Shown here in pieces: positions 11,101-23,400 of a stretch of 64,000 bases of DNA. The number at the start of each line of letters is the position of its first letter. Positions within the stretch are counted from its first letter, which is position 1. The stretch lies in assembly GCA_965637545.1 (NCBI GenBank), contig OZ281497.1, positions 19,406,001 through 19,470,000 of the forward strand. The letters are read 5' to 3'. Origin of the DNA: Phallusia mammillata. Lineage: Eukaryota. Position numbers and translations under genes: made by a program. The notes beneath the pieces were generated by a model that saw only the letters and a program-made list of their open reading frames with translations, searched no databases and was not told where the DNA came from.

Positions 11101-14100
11101 TCCATCTATGACAAACAGTGAAGGTCAAAGATGATGGTGGATAATGGCTGAACGCGCTGCAGATACTTTCTACGTGTGACATAAATGTTAACAGTTAATC
11201 ACACGGGCCCTGCGGATTCACAACAAAGTGCTTGCAGACTGGCCAAACAGTGCATTTGCAGTTTTTACCCAGCCCTAGAAAAGGAATGGTTGCTGACTTT
11301 GTGTTGTTTGTAATGGAAAAGCTCTCGTTTTTTTTTTTAAAAAAACGTCTTACAATATTATTTGCCAGTGTAAAAATGGCTCGTCGGCGCTGTATTTCTT
11401 GTTTGCACCCCCAAACAGAAAATCAGTTCCAAGTTTTCTTGTTTGAATGCCTAAACCCTAAACAATGATATATGACTGCGTGGTTTAACATTTTGAGAAC
11501 TCAGAAGCAAGAACGCTTGAAATGTCTGCATTTATTTTGGCAGGCGGAACAAAGCAAGATGTCTACAGCTGTGTGTCTCGCTTCGCCCGGGCTTGTCTGC
11601 ATAAATTCATGTTGGAAAAAAATGAACCTGCTCGGTGCCCTGTTACTCTGCTTTGTCTGGAATCGTTTCATACAGCAGTGCAGTTCACCAGTACATGGTA
11701 ACCAAGCTAAGCGCCACACATGTTTCTGTTCAGCACTAAACTGTTATTGCCGAATACGGAAACAAAATTGGATTTGCTATTTACGAATCTAAAGTTACGA
11801 GTTTGACTTTTAATACTCGTTAACTGTCTGTCAGCACCATAGATTGTGGTGTTTAATAAATTAAGTCGATGGTTTCCAACCGGAAGGAATTTTGAAAATC
11901 CAGGAGGGGAATTTACTTTAATTTTACAGTGATTTGTAAATAGCTCTGGGAGCATGACCTGGGAAGTTGATAAAAGACCCAATTTTGTAAAAAGACCCCA
12001 AAATGATGGTTTAGCATCTACTACGTAGCATATTAGGGAGAAACGAAAATGTTTTGAGATGTTAGGGGGGAATGTGTCGAAAAACGTTGGGAACCACTGG
12101 ATTAAGTCATCTAGAAATGCTAAAATTTGTTTTCGCCAAGGTAAAAAATGCTCGCTTGTTCGAATGCAGGCACCGAAGCAGACTTTCCTCATTTTTGGCC
12201 GAAATTTGCGGTGAAGATGCAGACGGGACACAGGGGGGCGACAAAGTGACTAAACTTATTAAAAGGTAAAAATACCCGGATGTGCCTTGACCTAACGTGC
12301 TTAATATGACTATTTTAAATATATTGACCCCGGCTTGCACTTTGTTCGCATGACGGTTATTTTCCTATGAATGTGTTTTTTTCCCGAAAACAAGGTAAGC
12401 ACCAACCTTCACTAGAAAGTGTTCAATGAAGTAACGTAAACGTATTTGATCCCTTATTAACGATTAAACGATGTTTAGTAGACATTGATTGACCACCGAG
12501 CATTGTAAATTGCAACGCTCGACTCCTAGAACTTGTATTGTTTCAGACGAATTCTTTGACCATTTACGGAGGCACTTAACCTAGTCGTTTTGCTTTTTTT
12601 TTCAACAAGGTTTCAGCGCATCGTGATGTCATTTCTCGCCCCAGAAAACTCGCCGTTGTCGGCTGTGCACAGAAAAATTCTATCTGAACTATTTTCCGTA
12701 CTGGACACACTGTTTGACGTCGCGTACACTCTCTCCATCCACGACACTTTACATCAGTGCACGGAGTGGTTCTATAAGCTGTGCGTGGAATACAAGATCG
12801 GTAAGTTGCTGAAAAAAAATTACATGTTATTTTAAGTATGGTTCGATTCCACATTTGAGCATCAAAAAAACATATTGTCAGAAACAATTTAATGTGTGTC
12901 CGAGTCACCGAAATTGTACCAAGAGTGTAGAATTATATAGCTGCATTGTAATAGTGGACTTCAAAACATTTAAGAACATAGAGTCGATTCTGGTCAATTT
13001 GCAAAACATGTTTATCATGCTTTTTATCTGGAATCACTGCAAACGGTTGTTTGGGATGATTTTAAGCAGATTATGCGATTATCCGAAATTTTCTGTATAG
13101 CATTAGAAAATATTACACATTTAATTAGTTCGGAACCGAAACGTGACTTCAAAGTCAAACTTTTTCATACACTAAAATTATGGCCACCACTTTGTCGAAT
13201 GGGAACAAATTGTTTACCTGTTACTATGACGACACAGAAGAGCACAACGCCGCCAAGCGACTCCTGCAAAGTCATCTGAGCAGCAGTTTGCGGATTTCAC
13301 CTTATGCTGAAACTTGCTTCCGTGAACTCTGCTTCGATCTTCGAACCGAACTCGGATCAATAGAGGAGGTGGAGTCGTCTGAAAAACCTCCCACTTATCA
13401 GTTGGTTTCATCCGAAAACGCTCAGTATGTATTGGTAAGCACTAAGTGCACTTCTTGCCATTTTTGAAGCACGCCAAAACCTTTCAGACATAACTAAGAA
13501 TATAATATTTTCTAGTAACAAAATCAGTCGACGAATATTGTGGAATATATATGTATATATATTTCACCTGATGGCATCTTTAGTTCCTCATTCAAATAGA
13601 ATCTTAATACACTGATTTCGTTAAAAGTGAATATGCCATGCTTTAAGTTCGATTTAAATTTCTTGGCGTTTTAAACAAACCCCTGTAGTAAGTGTTGTAA
13701 TAATGTTAAAACTTCTGTCTACCCGCTATCACGTATATTTACGAACATAAATTATATCCTTGCCAGCAGCTTTGTCTTTGGACAATTACATTTTACGTAA
13801 TACTCCAATCTCCACTTTCCAAATTCAAAGAACGAAAACGAAAATCGTGCTTATTATTAGAAAACGTGAACTTACAGGTAGCAGTATCCGCTCACGCCGA
13901 AAACCTTATCTCGGACTGTGATTGGCTTCTTCACCATCTAAAGGGGCGCTTGGTGGCGCACGGGAGCAGCAAAGACGAGTTAGTGGATGACGACGATTCT
14001 CTGCACGAGGCCCGACGGCAGGCAGAAGGTCACCTATGTCACTGAGCAAAAATATATCACCTAGCAACGCGCAACCTAACCGTGTTACCTAACCTGAAAT

Positions 14101-16495
14101 ATCATTAGAAGGCTGCTTTTGGTACAAAATCGATGCGATGTGTTGCTCTTACGTAAATCTTGACGTTCTCACTCAAGCTTTTTCGATGTTGAAATTGAGT
14201 TAATAGACATTGATAGCTGATGCTCTTTATGTAACAAATCGATTTGTGTTTCAGGTTCAATATGTGGCAGGGTATGTACGATGGCTGTCGGCTTATTGGA
14301 ATTGGCTCAGTGCTCGTGTCAAAGCGCTGCAAACGTCGACAACGTTTTAAAAACTTTCATCACCGTTTTCACGTTTCTTGCGAATCTTTCTAAATACGTA
14401 AGTTGACCTTTATTGTAAGTAATAATATTAGGCTGGGTCTCATATATCAGTGTTTTTGACCGCTATGCCGCTGCACTTTATTGTATCTCAAGAGATTTCC
14501 AAGCGTACCGCTAACAAAAAAAATCTGTTGGGGTGCCGCAAATTAAAAGGTTGGTAAACAGTACTCCTTCAACTTAATCCTTTTTTATCCTCGGCAAATT
14601 GTAACATTTTATGAACCCATGTCGCGCTTCTTGCTACTCTACAACTCTGTTGGATCATTTTGTCGCCACTTGCCTAGGTTTATGAATTTAAAGAGAGAAC
14701 AGGAACTTTGTATGTAAGCACAAGAGGGTTACTCTAACTAGTGATGGGACGATACCAGGTTATAAAGCGAGTACCGATACCGAGTACGAGTACCACGTGT
14801 ATATACCTTCGATACCGAGTGCGATTACCGAGTACCGAATAAGTACATTGTCGTACTTAGTTGTATATCACTGGCTTATTTATCTGTAATGGCCGGGGTA
14901 CAGGCGTGCACACACATACAGAAAAATGTAATCTCCATTCGATAGCGAAAAAAAATATACGTAACTTTGCGGAACTTTTTCCCGATTTTGTGCTGTCCGA
15001 AGCAAGTATTGGCATAAAGTTGCCTGTATTCTTACAGTGTAAAAACTGTAAATCGGCCTTCGGTACTCGCACGTTGATATCGAAAACTGAGACAAAATAT
15101 TTCGATACCGAGTACGAGTATCGATACAACTGAAATCGTTCGATACCATCGATACGGAGTACCGGGTACACGTCCCATCAATCACTAACTCTAACCACGC
15201 AAGCATATAGTGTTGATATACATTTGTGTCGGTATATTGGCAAGGCTGTTCAGCGTTTACTAATGGATTATTATATGCATGGCTAACCCACGTTTTGCAC
15301 GTCTTCACCGAAATACACCAAAAATTATATGTCATTTTTTCCTAGTATCAATGGCTGTACGGACAGGGTCTTGGTCACGTGCCGTCACGCTTCGAAAAGC
15401 TCACGAACTTCATCGGCTCCGAGCTGATGCGACCCATATATGGTTTCATCACATACGCTGAGTCGGCCCAGACCGAACGGTTGGAGACAGTCAAAGCAAA
15501 ACAGGACTCGAAGAAGAATAAAAAGAAGGCGACCTCCTCTTTGCCGGTGTCTACTTTGGGAAAGGTGAAACACTTTGGCGAGGAAACGTTTAACTGTACA
15601 TAAATCGAAACAAGGCCTTACAAAAAATTAAATAAATTGTACACTTTTAATGCATAAAGCTAGTTTGTGGGTCCGCTTCTTAAGTGAAAAAACTTTCAAT
15701 TTACAGAATCCACTAAAACTAAACAGTCGTTTTTGGACTCAAAGGTGTTTGAATATTTGTACCAAAGGATCCATGTTGTAAAAGTGTTTGGCATTAGAAT
15801 GTAAGTTCACAAATAGGTTTTCTAAAATCTTTTCGAGAGGATCATTTTTGTGAGACAACAGGCGATTGCTGTCGTAGGTTCGAATCCCATCGCTCGCGCA
15901 AGTATAGTTTCTAGCGGTTACTGGTATCTGGTTTTTGTAAGATTCTTTTTTCTGGCTTCAACGTCTCTTACAACCTCTACATACAGTATTGATGTTTGTG
16001 TGCAGGCAAAGGTTTTGCGAGAAATGAAGGGCATTGCTCGACTTGTGTTCGCCATCGAACAGCACGAACACCATCTCATACTGCTCGGACGGAAAGCGAA
16101 GATCGACTTCATGCGGAACCATCATCTACCAACATCACGTGACTTCCGGATACGCAGTGACGTGCTGCGCATCAGTTTGGCCGAACAGGAAGCTCTGTCT
16201 GCCAAGGTTGAACTTGGTTGAATGATTAAGTTGGTTTATTTCCTGGAAGAAAACAGCGCTTGCGTAATGGGTTATATTTACTTTTGACGCCTAAAACTAG
16301 AGTTATAATTTCAGCTATAGCAGACTTCCGAAAAATCACAACGTTTTTCAACACCTTTGGTAAACTTTCCTTCGAATTTATCCGTTTGTTGATTCTATTT
16401 GATTTCAGGACGTGTCACGTGACGAAAATGGTGCTGACGCCAGTAGTGATGACGAAGACATGCCGTCATCAAAGCGATCAAGGCTTAGCTCCTAA
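2127..16495 (+). CDS. FANCI: Fanconi anemia group I protein (FANCI), 28 exons, ~1361 aa
   Basis: Phase-consistent GT-AG exons: 2127-2292, 2747-2877, 2934-3041, 3104-3255, 3458-3675, 4155-4297, 4368-4492, 5214-5307, 5367-5457, 5906-6094, 7342-7400, 7631-7773, 8593-8725, 9010-9212, 9458-9593, 9673-9804, 10243-10364, 10429-10586, 10663-10806, 11544-11697, 12170-12265, 12610-12800, 13238-13434, 13878-14028, 14255-14397, 15346-15564, 16006-16206, 16409-16495. Motifs matching vertebrate FANCI from memory: [34 protein letters not shown] (ubiquitinated Lys region), SQ cluster, [38 protein letters not shown], and a basic C-terminal NLS. Confidence 0.96.
4553..4951. mobile_element. Degenerate hAT-type MITE (TAGTGATG-type TIR) in FANCI intron 7
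   Basis: Right end TTCGGTGCATCACTA, degenerate left end TAGAAATG. Internal repeated TTCGGCCGAA/CCGAAAC motifs. Flanks ATCTATAC and ATTTTTAC match at 6/8. Confidence 0.6.
6113..7228. mobile_element. Non-autonomous hAT DNA transposon (1116 bp) in FANCI intron 10
   Basis: TIRs CATTGGCGCCCACTT and AAGTGGGCGCCAGTG. Perfect 8-bp TSD CTGCCTAG (6105-6112 and 7229-7236). No transposase ORF. Confidence 0.9.
9895..10120 (-). mobile_element. tRNA-derived SINE (or tRNA pseudogene with tail) in FANCI intron 16
   Basis: The minus-strand head at 10037-10107 has an A box TAGCTCACTTGG, D-stem GCTC/GAGC, and a T-arm GTGGG-TTCGAAT-CCCAC (B box). The acceptor and anticodon stems are imperfect. A GC-richer unrelated body follows, down to ~9900. 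Confidence 0.75.
11073..11169. repeat. Perfect 32-bp inverted repeat (hairpin) with 33-nt spacer in FANCI intron 19
   Basis: AAAGTATCTGCAGCGCGTTCAGCCATTATCCA (11073-11104) is the exact reverse complement of 11138-11169. Confidence 0.95.
11867..12099. mobile_element. hAT (Buster/Charlie-like) MITE in FANCI intron 20
   Basis: Left TIR CGATGGTTTCCAAC (degenerate), right TIR GTTGGGAACCACTG. TSD AATTAAGT/GATTAAGT (7/8). Confidence 0.75.
14739..15187. mobile_element. hAT MITE (449 bp) in FANCI intron 25
   Basis: TIRs TAGTGATGGGACG and CGTCCCATCA(ATC)ACTA. Perfect TSD ACTCTAAC (14731-14738 and 15188-15195). Subterminal GATACCGAGTAC repeats. Confidence 0.9.
15861..15895 (+). other. Isolated Pol III B-box/T-arm remnant (SINE or tRNA fragment) in FANCI intron 26
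   Basis: GGTTCGAATCC at 15877-15887, within a GCGAT...ATCGC stem. No A box seen. Confidence 0.35.
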
Positions 16496-16533
16496 TGCCA
16501 AGGCTCCTCCTGCGTTCATTTTGTTCCATTCTT

Positions 16534-16539
16534 AATAAA
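16534..16539 (+). terminator. Probable FANCI polyadenylation signal
   Basis: AATAAA 38 nt after the TAA stop. Confidence 0.55.
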
Positions 16540-16793
16540 CTTCTTACAAACGATGCTTCGTATGATTTTACTTAAGATTCACGTAATGTTATCTTGGTCA
16601 AACGACAGATCAAAATCAAGTCGTGCCTGAAAATTCGAATCTATTATCTCTAAATGCTTAGACTATCATCTACTTTTGTTCGATCTGCTCCTGACTCTCC
16701 TGCGTTATTTAGGCTAATTGTCCACGATGAGGACCTCAAGCCAATATTGTCCCTTGGAGTCTCACATCACACATTTGTGGGCTTCAGCCACAG

Positions 16794-16799
16794 TTTATT
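16794..16799 (-). terminator. Possible beta-TrCP polyadenylation signal (convergent with FANCI)
   Basis: AATAAA on the minus strand ~700 nt downstream of the beta-TrCP stop. Confidence 0.4.
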
Positions 16800-17491
16800 T
16801 GTTTTTAACGGTTGTACAGTAGACATAAATGAACGCGGGGGCTCGCGCTCTTAAAAACAGCAAAAACGAAAAAGGAACAACAAAAATTAGGTTTCATTTC
16901 ATACAAGGATCGCCGCAGCATGGGTCAACCACGGCCGGATTCCGTTTCGTTGTGGCCCCAAGTCGTGAGCCTTGCGCAAAAGCAAAAGATCATTTTGCAG
17001 TACAAGGCTAAACAATAACGCATATTAATAGTAGTAATAGTTAGAAAGACACGCCTAGGGTGGGCAGCGAAGGCGATTCGAACCAATGGGAGAGTTTCAT
17101 GCCGCCCTATAGCGCCGCGACCAAAAGGAAACACATCAAGTTAACGAAAGGAAATAACGCACGCACACACCGTTAGTATATATCTAAATCAGCGAAGGAG
17201 GAAATAGGGGGCGAGTCTCGACGAAGCAAGCTGAAAAAAGGTGTAAAGGAGAGACTAGAAGAGTCGTCGTGGTCACTTGAGGAAAACACACAGAAAGAGT
17301 CGAAGGCTTTTGCGTTTTTGACAGGCGAAATAATTGCGAAATGTCATTGGGCTAATGGCAGATTTTTTGTCCTGACTTCTGCTGTGTCCAGAAGATTTGT
17401 AGTGAGCTGTTTGAGCGATTGTATACAGCAGTGTGAGGAAGGCGATTTTGCTACGGGCCAAAAAGGTGGAGGTGATGATGTGGTCGCTCTA

Positions 17492-20400
17492 TCATCGTGG
17501 AACGTACGTGTAAGTCCGATTTGGTGATCTGTCGGCGTCAAAAACACGAGTTCATCGACTGAAAAAACGAAACTGGGATACAACATGCACGCAATATCAC
17601 AGTTCTGTGTTAGCTCGCTAACGTCAAGCTTGCATAACACTGTACAGCTAATTTATTCACCGACCGAATACTCGTAACAAATTTGGTTAGGGTAGACACA
17701 CGTAAATCCTACCATTTTAACTTGATTTTAGAGTAAAAATAAATGACTAAGATAATGGGGAATTGCTTTGAGCAATGTTTTCAACACTGCAGCTGGGATA
17801 GGGAATTTAAAATTGTACCCTTTGTTCAACTAGTTCAAAAGAAACTGGTTGTACATGTAAGTACAAGTTTTAATTGGTTTCGGTTTTGGTGTCTTACTTT
17901 GATGTGCTGGGTGGGTTAGGTTCGGGAACAGTAAGGAAATCCCAAATAAGAATGGAATCGTCATGCGAACTGCTGACAATCTGAAACTCGTCGAACTGAA
18001 GTCGGAAAACTCGTCCAGTGTGTTCCTGTCGATCATAAATTGAGGCAAAATGGTTATTTGATTGACTTGTTCAACGTACTGCATAAAAAACGATTAAATT
18101 TAAGTCGCATAAGAAACGATACATGTAAATCGAGGCACAGCCAGAAAAAGATTTTTTAAGCCATATGACGACATCAAACACGTCATTCGATGAACAAAAA
18201 AAAATGTTTCTTTGATTAGTTTAGCTCTCGTATTGTTTGGCTGTTAACTAGGACTGGGTCGCTAACTTTGTACGGCCGGTAACATCGAGGGTACGACGTG
18301 AATGTACTGTTACGTCATATAAATGCGTGATGTCATATTAACCCCAAGTGTGTTTAATCGGGCACAGAGGAAGAAAACAATACATCCGAAACTAGCATGG
18401 TCAGTTTGGGCCCCTTCAGGACACTCTGTGCTGCTTAACTTATAATCACACTATACATGTATGGAGCAAAATATTTGAGCATATTTAATGTGCTTACCAC
18501 GAGGGTTCGTAGGCAGAGGGTGCTAGAAGGAGATCGCGGGTCTAAGGCTGCTTGCAAATCCCACACCTTGATTTTCCTGCAGAATAAAAACGTCCATTGT
18601 TAACACAACACGCAAAAACTCAACAATGAATTTCATCAGTATAAGTTTTGTGGAATTGCGCAACATAAGACTTGATGTATATGCATAATGTTGTTATACA
18701 GTCATTTGAAATATGAAAGTCAGCTTTGACATTTTCGTTGGTGGTTTGGGAACAGCTTGTCGGGAACAAACAACAAATGGTCTAACATCCCACTGTGTTG
18801 TACACATGCCACCCAGACTGAAATTAGCCGCAACAACATAAACACTATATTTGCCATCAATTAACACCAGACAATACTTTGTTGAAACCCGAATGCATTA
18901 GGACTGTTTGTTTAACTGAACTTCCATATATCGAAATGTCCATACGTATCAGAATTCGGTAAATAACATAGTCACGACCGTAAACCGACCTATCCATTCA
19001 ACAACAATTCTTTAAAACGCTTGGGATTGTAAGCTGGTTGCATGCGTTGCCATTTAATGACAACAGTATATTAGAAACAGGAACTTACCCATCATAAGCT
19101 CCGCTCACAATGCGTTTGTTGTCGAATCGAATACACCGCACAAGTTCTTCGTGTCCTTCCAGTATGCGAAGGCAGGCGCCGAACTCGATGTCCCACAATC
19201 TGCGAGAAAAAGCTTTAATGTTAAGTGATCTAGTATTTGACCTTCCACAAACGCTTTAGTCCTAAGCACTTAGGTTTTTGCTACAAAGCCCGGCCTCGTT
19301 AATACGCCTTTTGATCACGATGGTGTTAATGGCTTATTCCGGTTTGAAACCAAAAGACTGTGTGGCCATGTTGCTTTCTAGTACACTGACAAAAAATGAA
19401 AATATGAGTCGGTTTAAACTAGGTTTCATGTTGTGGGATCATACGCGATGGGCCAACCCAAGGCTACAACGTGCGATTTAAGATATTGTTATGTGTATGT
19501 GTAAATATATTAATATCGCATTTTAACCCAATTGCTGTAAATTGCCTTGGCATGGGAAAAAAACAGCAACAAACAATTATTCGCGGAAGTAGGTCCGTTA
19601 TACTTGCTACCGCAATGCACTTCCACTAAGTTCGGGGTAATGATTTACAGACAAGAAGAATAAAATCCTGTTTTCACACGCTGTGTACGTCATTACGTTC
19701 GACCTGACGTCACAGCAAAACACATTTCGAAGTCCACAGGATGCGATTTGATCGTAAACGAGCAACATGAAGCCACATTAATGTTAACACAGCACATAAG
19801 TTGGGTATTAGGCTTGGTGCCTTTTGTTGTGCAGTGAATTTTATGATTTAAATTTAAACAGTCAACCTTACAGAGTGTGGTTGTTCGCATAAAACAATAA
19901 GTTTAAAAAAACGGGTATCATTCGGGCCTGACTTCACACTTTGCCACATTTGAGTCGTAATTTCAATTTTCGGGCCTAATTCGGATTCTATTCAGTAAAC
20001 ATTTTGGGATGGTTTTCAGGTTTTTGGGTTCGGGTCAGCTTACAACTCTGTGTCCGTACGGTTTTTGGTAACATTGACCCGATGTGCTTATTCGTGTCAG
20101 AAAACTTGACTGTTATTGTTTAAAACCAAACAGTGGCACGAATTGATAAAAAAGGGATTGTGTGTGTCGTCCAAAAAGAACGAAATCAAGAAGGAGAACG
20201 TGACACTACATCCGTACATTTATCTCCACGCTGTAATTTTACAGAGTTATGTTTTCGTTGCGCGAAAGCAAAACCGATAAGCATTGTATACGAGATATTT
20301 TGTAACTACTGCGGGTTGGTGCACTAAAAACCAAAAAGATGTTAGGCGTAAATATTGGTGGAATTCTAAACGCCGACAAATTGTGTGGAGCGGGGGTGAA

Positions 20401-23400
20401 ATAATCAACCCAATTGGCTTTAATCGACCCACAAACATCACAACTTAAATTCCTACACGAAGTTTCCAAACAAACTGTTCATTTACTCTTGACAGCATTC
20501 CCGGAAAGAATCTAAAATAGCCTTACATGTGTGGGACAGTGCGAATGAGTAATGAATGAATGGGCATGGGAGGTCTCGTTCGGTTCAAGTTGTCAAACTT
20601 ATGTGTAAACACGAAACTTATCAAACTTACCAGGCCACACAAGTTAAATGATATAGCGATATAGCACATACACAATGGTTACATTGTTTTCGTCAGGTTT
20701 TGCCTTCTTGTATTAAGGAATAAAGACCATAAGGCCATGGGTATTGTTTCAGTTTCAGGGTTAAAAAATAAGTTAATTTATTATACAATGCCTTTTTGGA
20801 TTAGAGTTTCGTAAACATACATTGTCTGTGAACTATACATCACTGCGTAATGACGTCACGTCAGGTGACCACCTTGTCTGGATCGCGCGTTCGCAAATCG
20901 TCGCAATACATTGATACTGAATGTGAATGATAAACCTAGCTGATGACGTTGCCTCAAAAATGCGACATTCAAATTCACTTTCGCTGGGAAGTGCGTCGCC
21001 ACGAACGCCCTTAACCACAGGTTACTCGCTTGCTGGAAATATAATTACTTCGCCGCGGAGCGAGACATGAATGGAAGGGGTCGTGTATAAGTCCGGACGG
21101 GAACAGGGAGATTATTGTCCAATTAGCCTCACCTTATTGTGTTGTCCGAAGAGCCGCTGACGACCAGGCGATCCCGGTATTGAAGGCAGGCGATTCCCCG
21201 CTTGTGACCGTTCAGTGTCCGCACAAATTCGCATGAAGAGGTATTCCAGACCTGTACAGGCATCATATATTTTTTATCAGAATTGTGGAACAGCCTACAT
21301 ATTCCACGTGGATACCGCATTTATATGTGGTGTTGTTAATTTTTTGAATATTTTCATGACTTTATGAGAATCCAGGTTATGAAACTTAATTAACTCACAC
21401 AAAAACGCATGTGTGGGAATATGAACTAAATGCTATAATTTCGCCAGTAACAAGTACTTCAGAGTGTGGATTAATATAAGAGGCTTACAGAAACTTAAGA
21501 AACACCAATTAGTATATCATCTTATACTTTATTTATAAATTTAAACACTCTTTGCCGGGTAGCCAAGAATATAATTAGAAGCGACGAAATACACATACAG
21601 CACCCCAAGGCATTCCTAGAGCCATTATTATCAGACAGACCAAAGCATTCTTACTATCTACCACAGTTCAACGCATGCCTGATACGCAATAAAAATCCGT
21701 AAAATTAATTTTAACTTGGCCGTTGCCCACTGTCAAGTGCGATGCCGCATATTGAAATTTTCTCCTATTTTGGGTGTAATAAGCGACCGAAGAGCTTTTC
21801 CTTTGTGTTCGTGGTGTCAGGTTTGTTTACATTGGGAACAGGTGTCACCGAATGCTCGGTTTCTAAGCACACCAAGCCGCCGGCGCTGCCACGCAAATTT
21901 CGACGATCGATCGAAAAAACGCAACGGCGGTTGGCGGTTGGTCGTTCTGACGTCAGAGCTAAACAACGGCGGGAACATAGATCGATATCCGAAAACGCGA
22001 TTTTGATACTGTATTCGCGCCTGGATTGGAACGCGGCTTTGTGTCATTTCAGGCAGCGCAGGAGGAAAGGCTGTGTTGAGGTCACCAAGAGTTTCGGAAT
22101 TATGTCTGGGAATTACCCCTTAATGTTTGACAAGTGGAAGTCCCCAACATTGAATTTACAAGCTTTTCTTGTCCACAACGCAAAAGCACCAGTACTGTGT
22201 TTTAACTGGTGTAAACTGTAAAGAATACACATACTGAACCCAATGGCATATAAGCAGTCTCATTTAATTAATTTGGAAGCTTATGACTTATCTCAGCGAC
22301 AGAAGTACGTATATTAGGTAGTTCACCAAGAGAGCATGAATATGAAACTTTATGTAGAATGTGGTCATAATTTTCCAAAAGCGAGACCCGTTTCAAAACG
22401 CTCCAAATACGTGGTTTGCAGAACACATTTCAGGAAAACGACTTTTCCGTCGCCCGAAAACACGCTGGCCCACAAAAACAACAACACACTGCGCAGCATC
22501 CACCGAAGCAGTTCTAAACTGCAACTTGATAAACATGAATACACAACAAAAGCGTACCTTGATGGTGCGATCACCGGACGCCGAAACAATGTACTTGTCG
22601 TCGAAGTCTACCACGTTGACAGCTGCACGATGGCCGACCAGCACACGTCGCATGTTGATCTCCTTGGGCGAAACCATGTCCCACACGGCAATGGAGCGAT
22701 CCTGCAGACGAATTAGTGTGGATTAGTCCATCTCTGACCGTTCGATTTCTTGTCAGACACACGGGCAATTGCTTTGAACGAGCGTCTGACCACGGCAATC
22801 AACGATAATGGCAAGGTCGATTTGCGAGACGAACACCGAACAAACAATTGGAGTAAATTCAAAGTGCAGTACTTCCTCGATTATTGTGTCCAGTTGGGAC
22901 CAATTTCTTTGAAATTCATACTTAACAGCTTCTTTTACGTTTAACTTTTGAATATCTCAAAATTGTGAGATATAGGATCGTTTTTTTACCCATCACTTTT
23001 TTACCCGAGAAAAACATATAGCATACAGTACAAGACTTTACAGTTCGTTTTTTTACCACAATGCCCTATAAAACCGTATATGAGGCGATCGGATAATCAA
23101 ATGCCGACTGAGGTACAGATATAATCGGACAGCACTGTATTACACTTCTTTTAAATTTGTCAAAATGCACAAATTGGACGCATTACTCCATTTGTAAAAC
23201 GGTTCATTGGCCTTAAACGACCTAAACAAATAAACCTTGTATTTATTATTCAACAGGTCAACAATTTGTACATGGTTTATTTGTTACAGCACATGCATTA
23301 TGGGCGTGTTTGACTAACAAATGTGGGTTGGTGTAAAACAAGTTGAAAAAATATGCTTTCTCTTCAACTGTGTTGTGTGAGTCAAAACAGGAACTGCTAA

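Noticed and set aside
12066-12140. Alternative FANCI exon ([16 protein letters not shown] resembles the LLCLE motif)
   Set aside because: The donor phase (0) does not match the next exon (2), its 5' half lies within a MITE, and exon 11544-11697 already supplies the homologous segment.
11707-12231. 174-aa minus-strand ORF
   Set aside because: It is antisense to a FANCI exon and a MITE, has no homology cues, and has a non-ATG start.
16392-16402. Partial match (ATTCTATTTGA) to the ascidian spliced-leader sequence
   Set aside because: Only 11 nt match, it is not followed by the rest of the leader or a GT donor, and it lies in the polypyrimidine region of the last FANCI intron.
21742-22221. 159-aa antisense ORF nested in a beta-TrCP intron
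   Set aside because: No recognisable motif, and its length is explained by local GC-richness. It is treated as a possible regulatory block.
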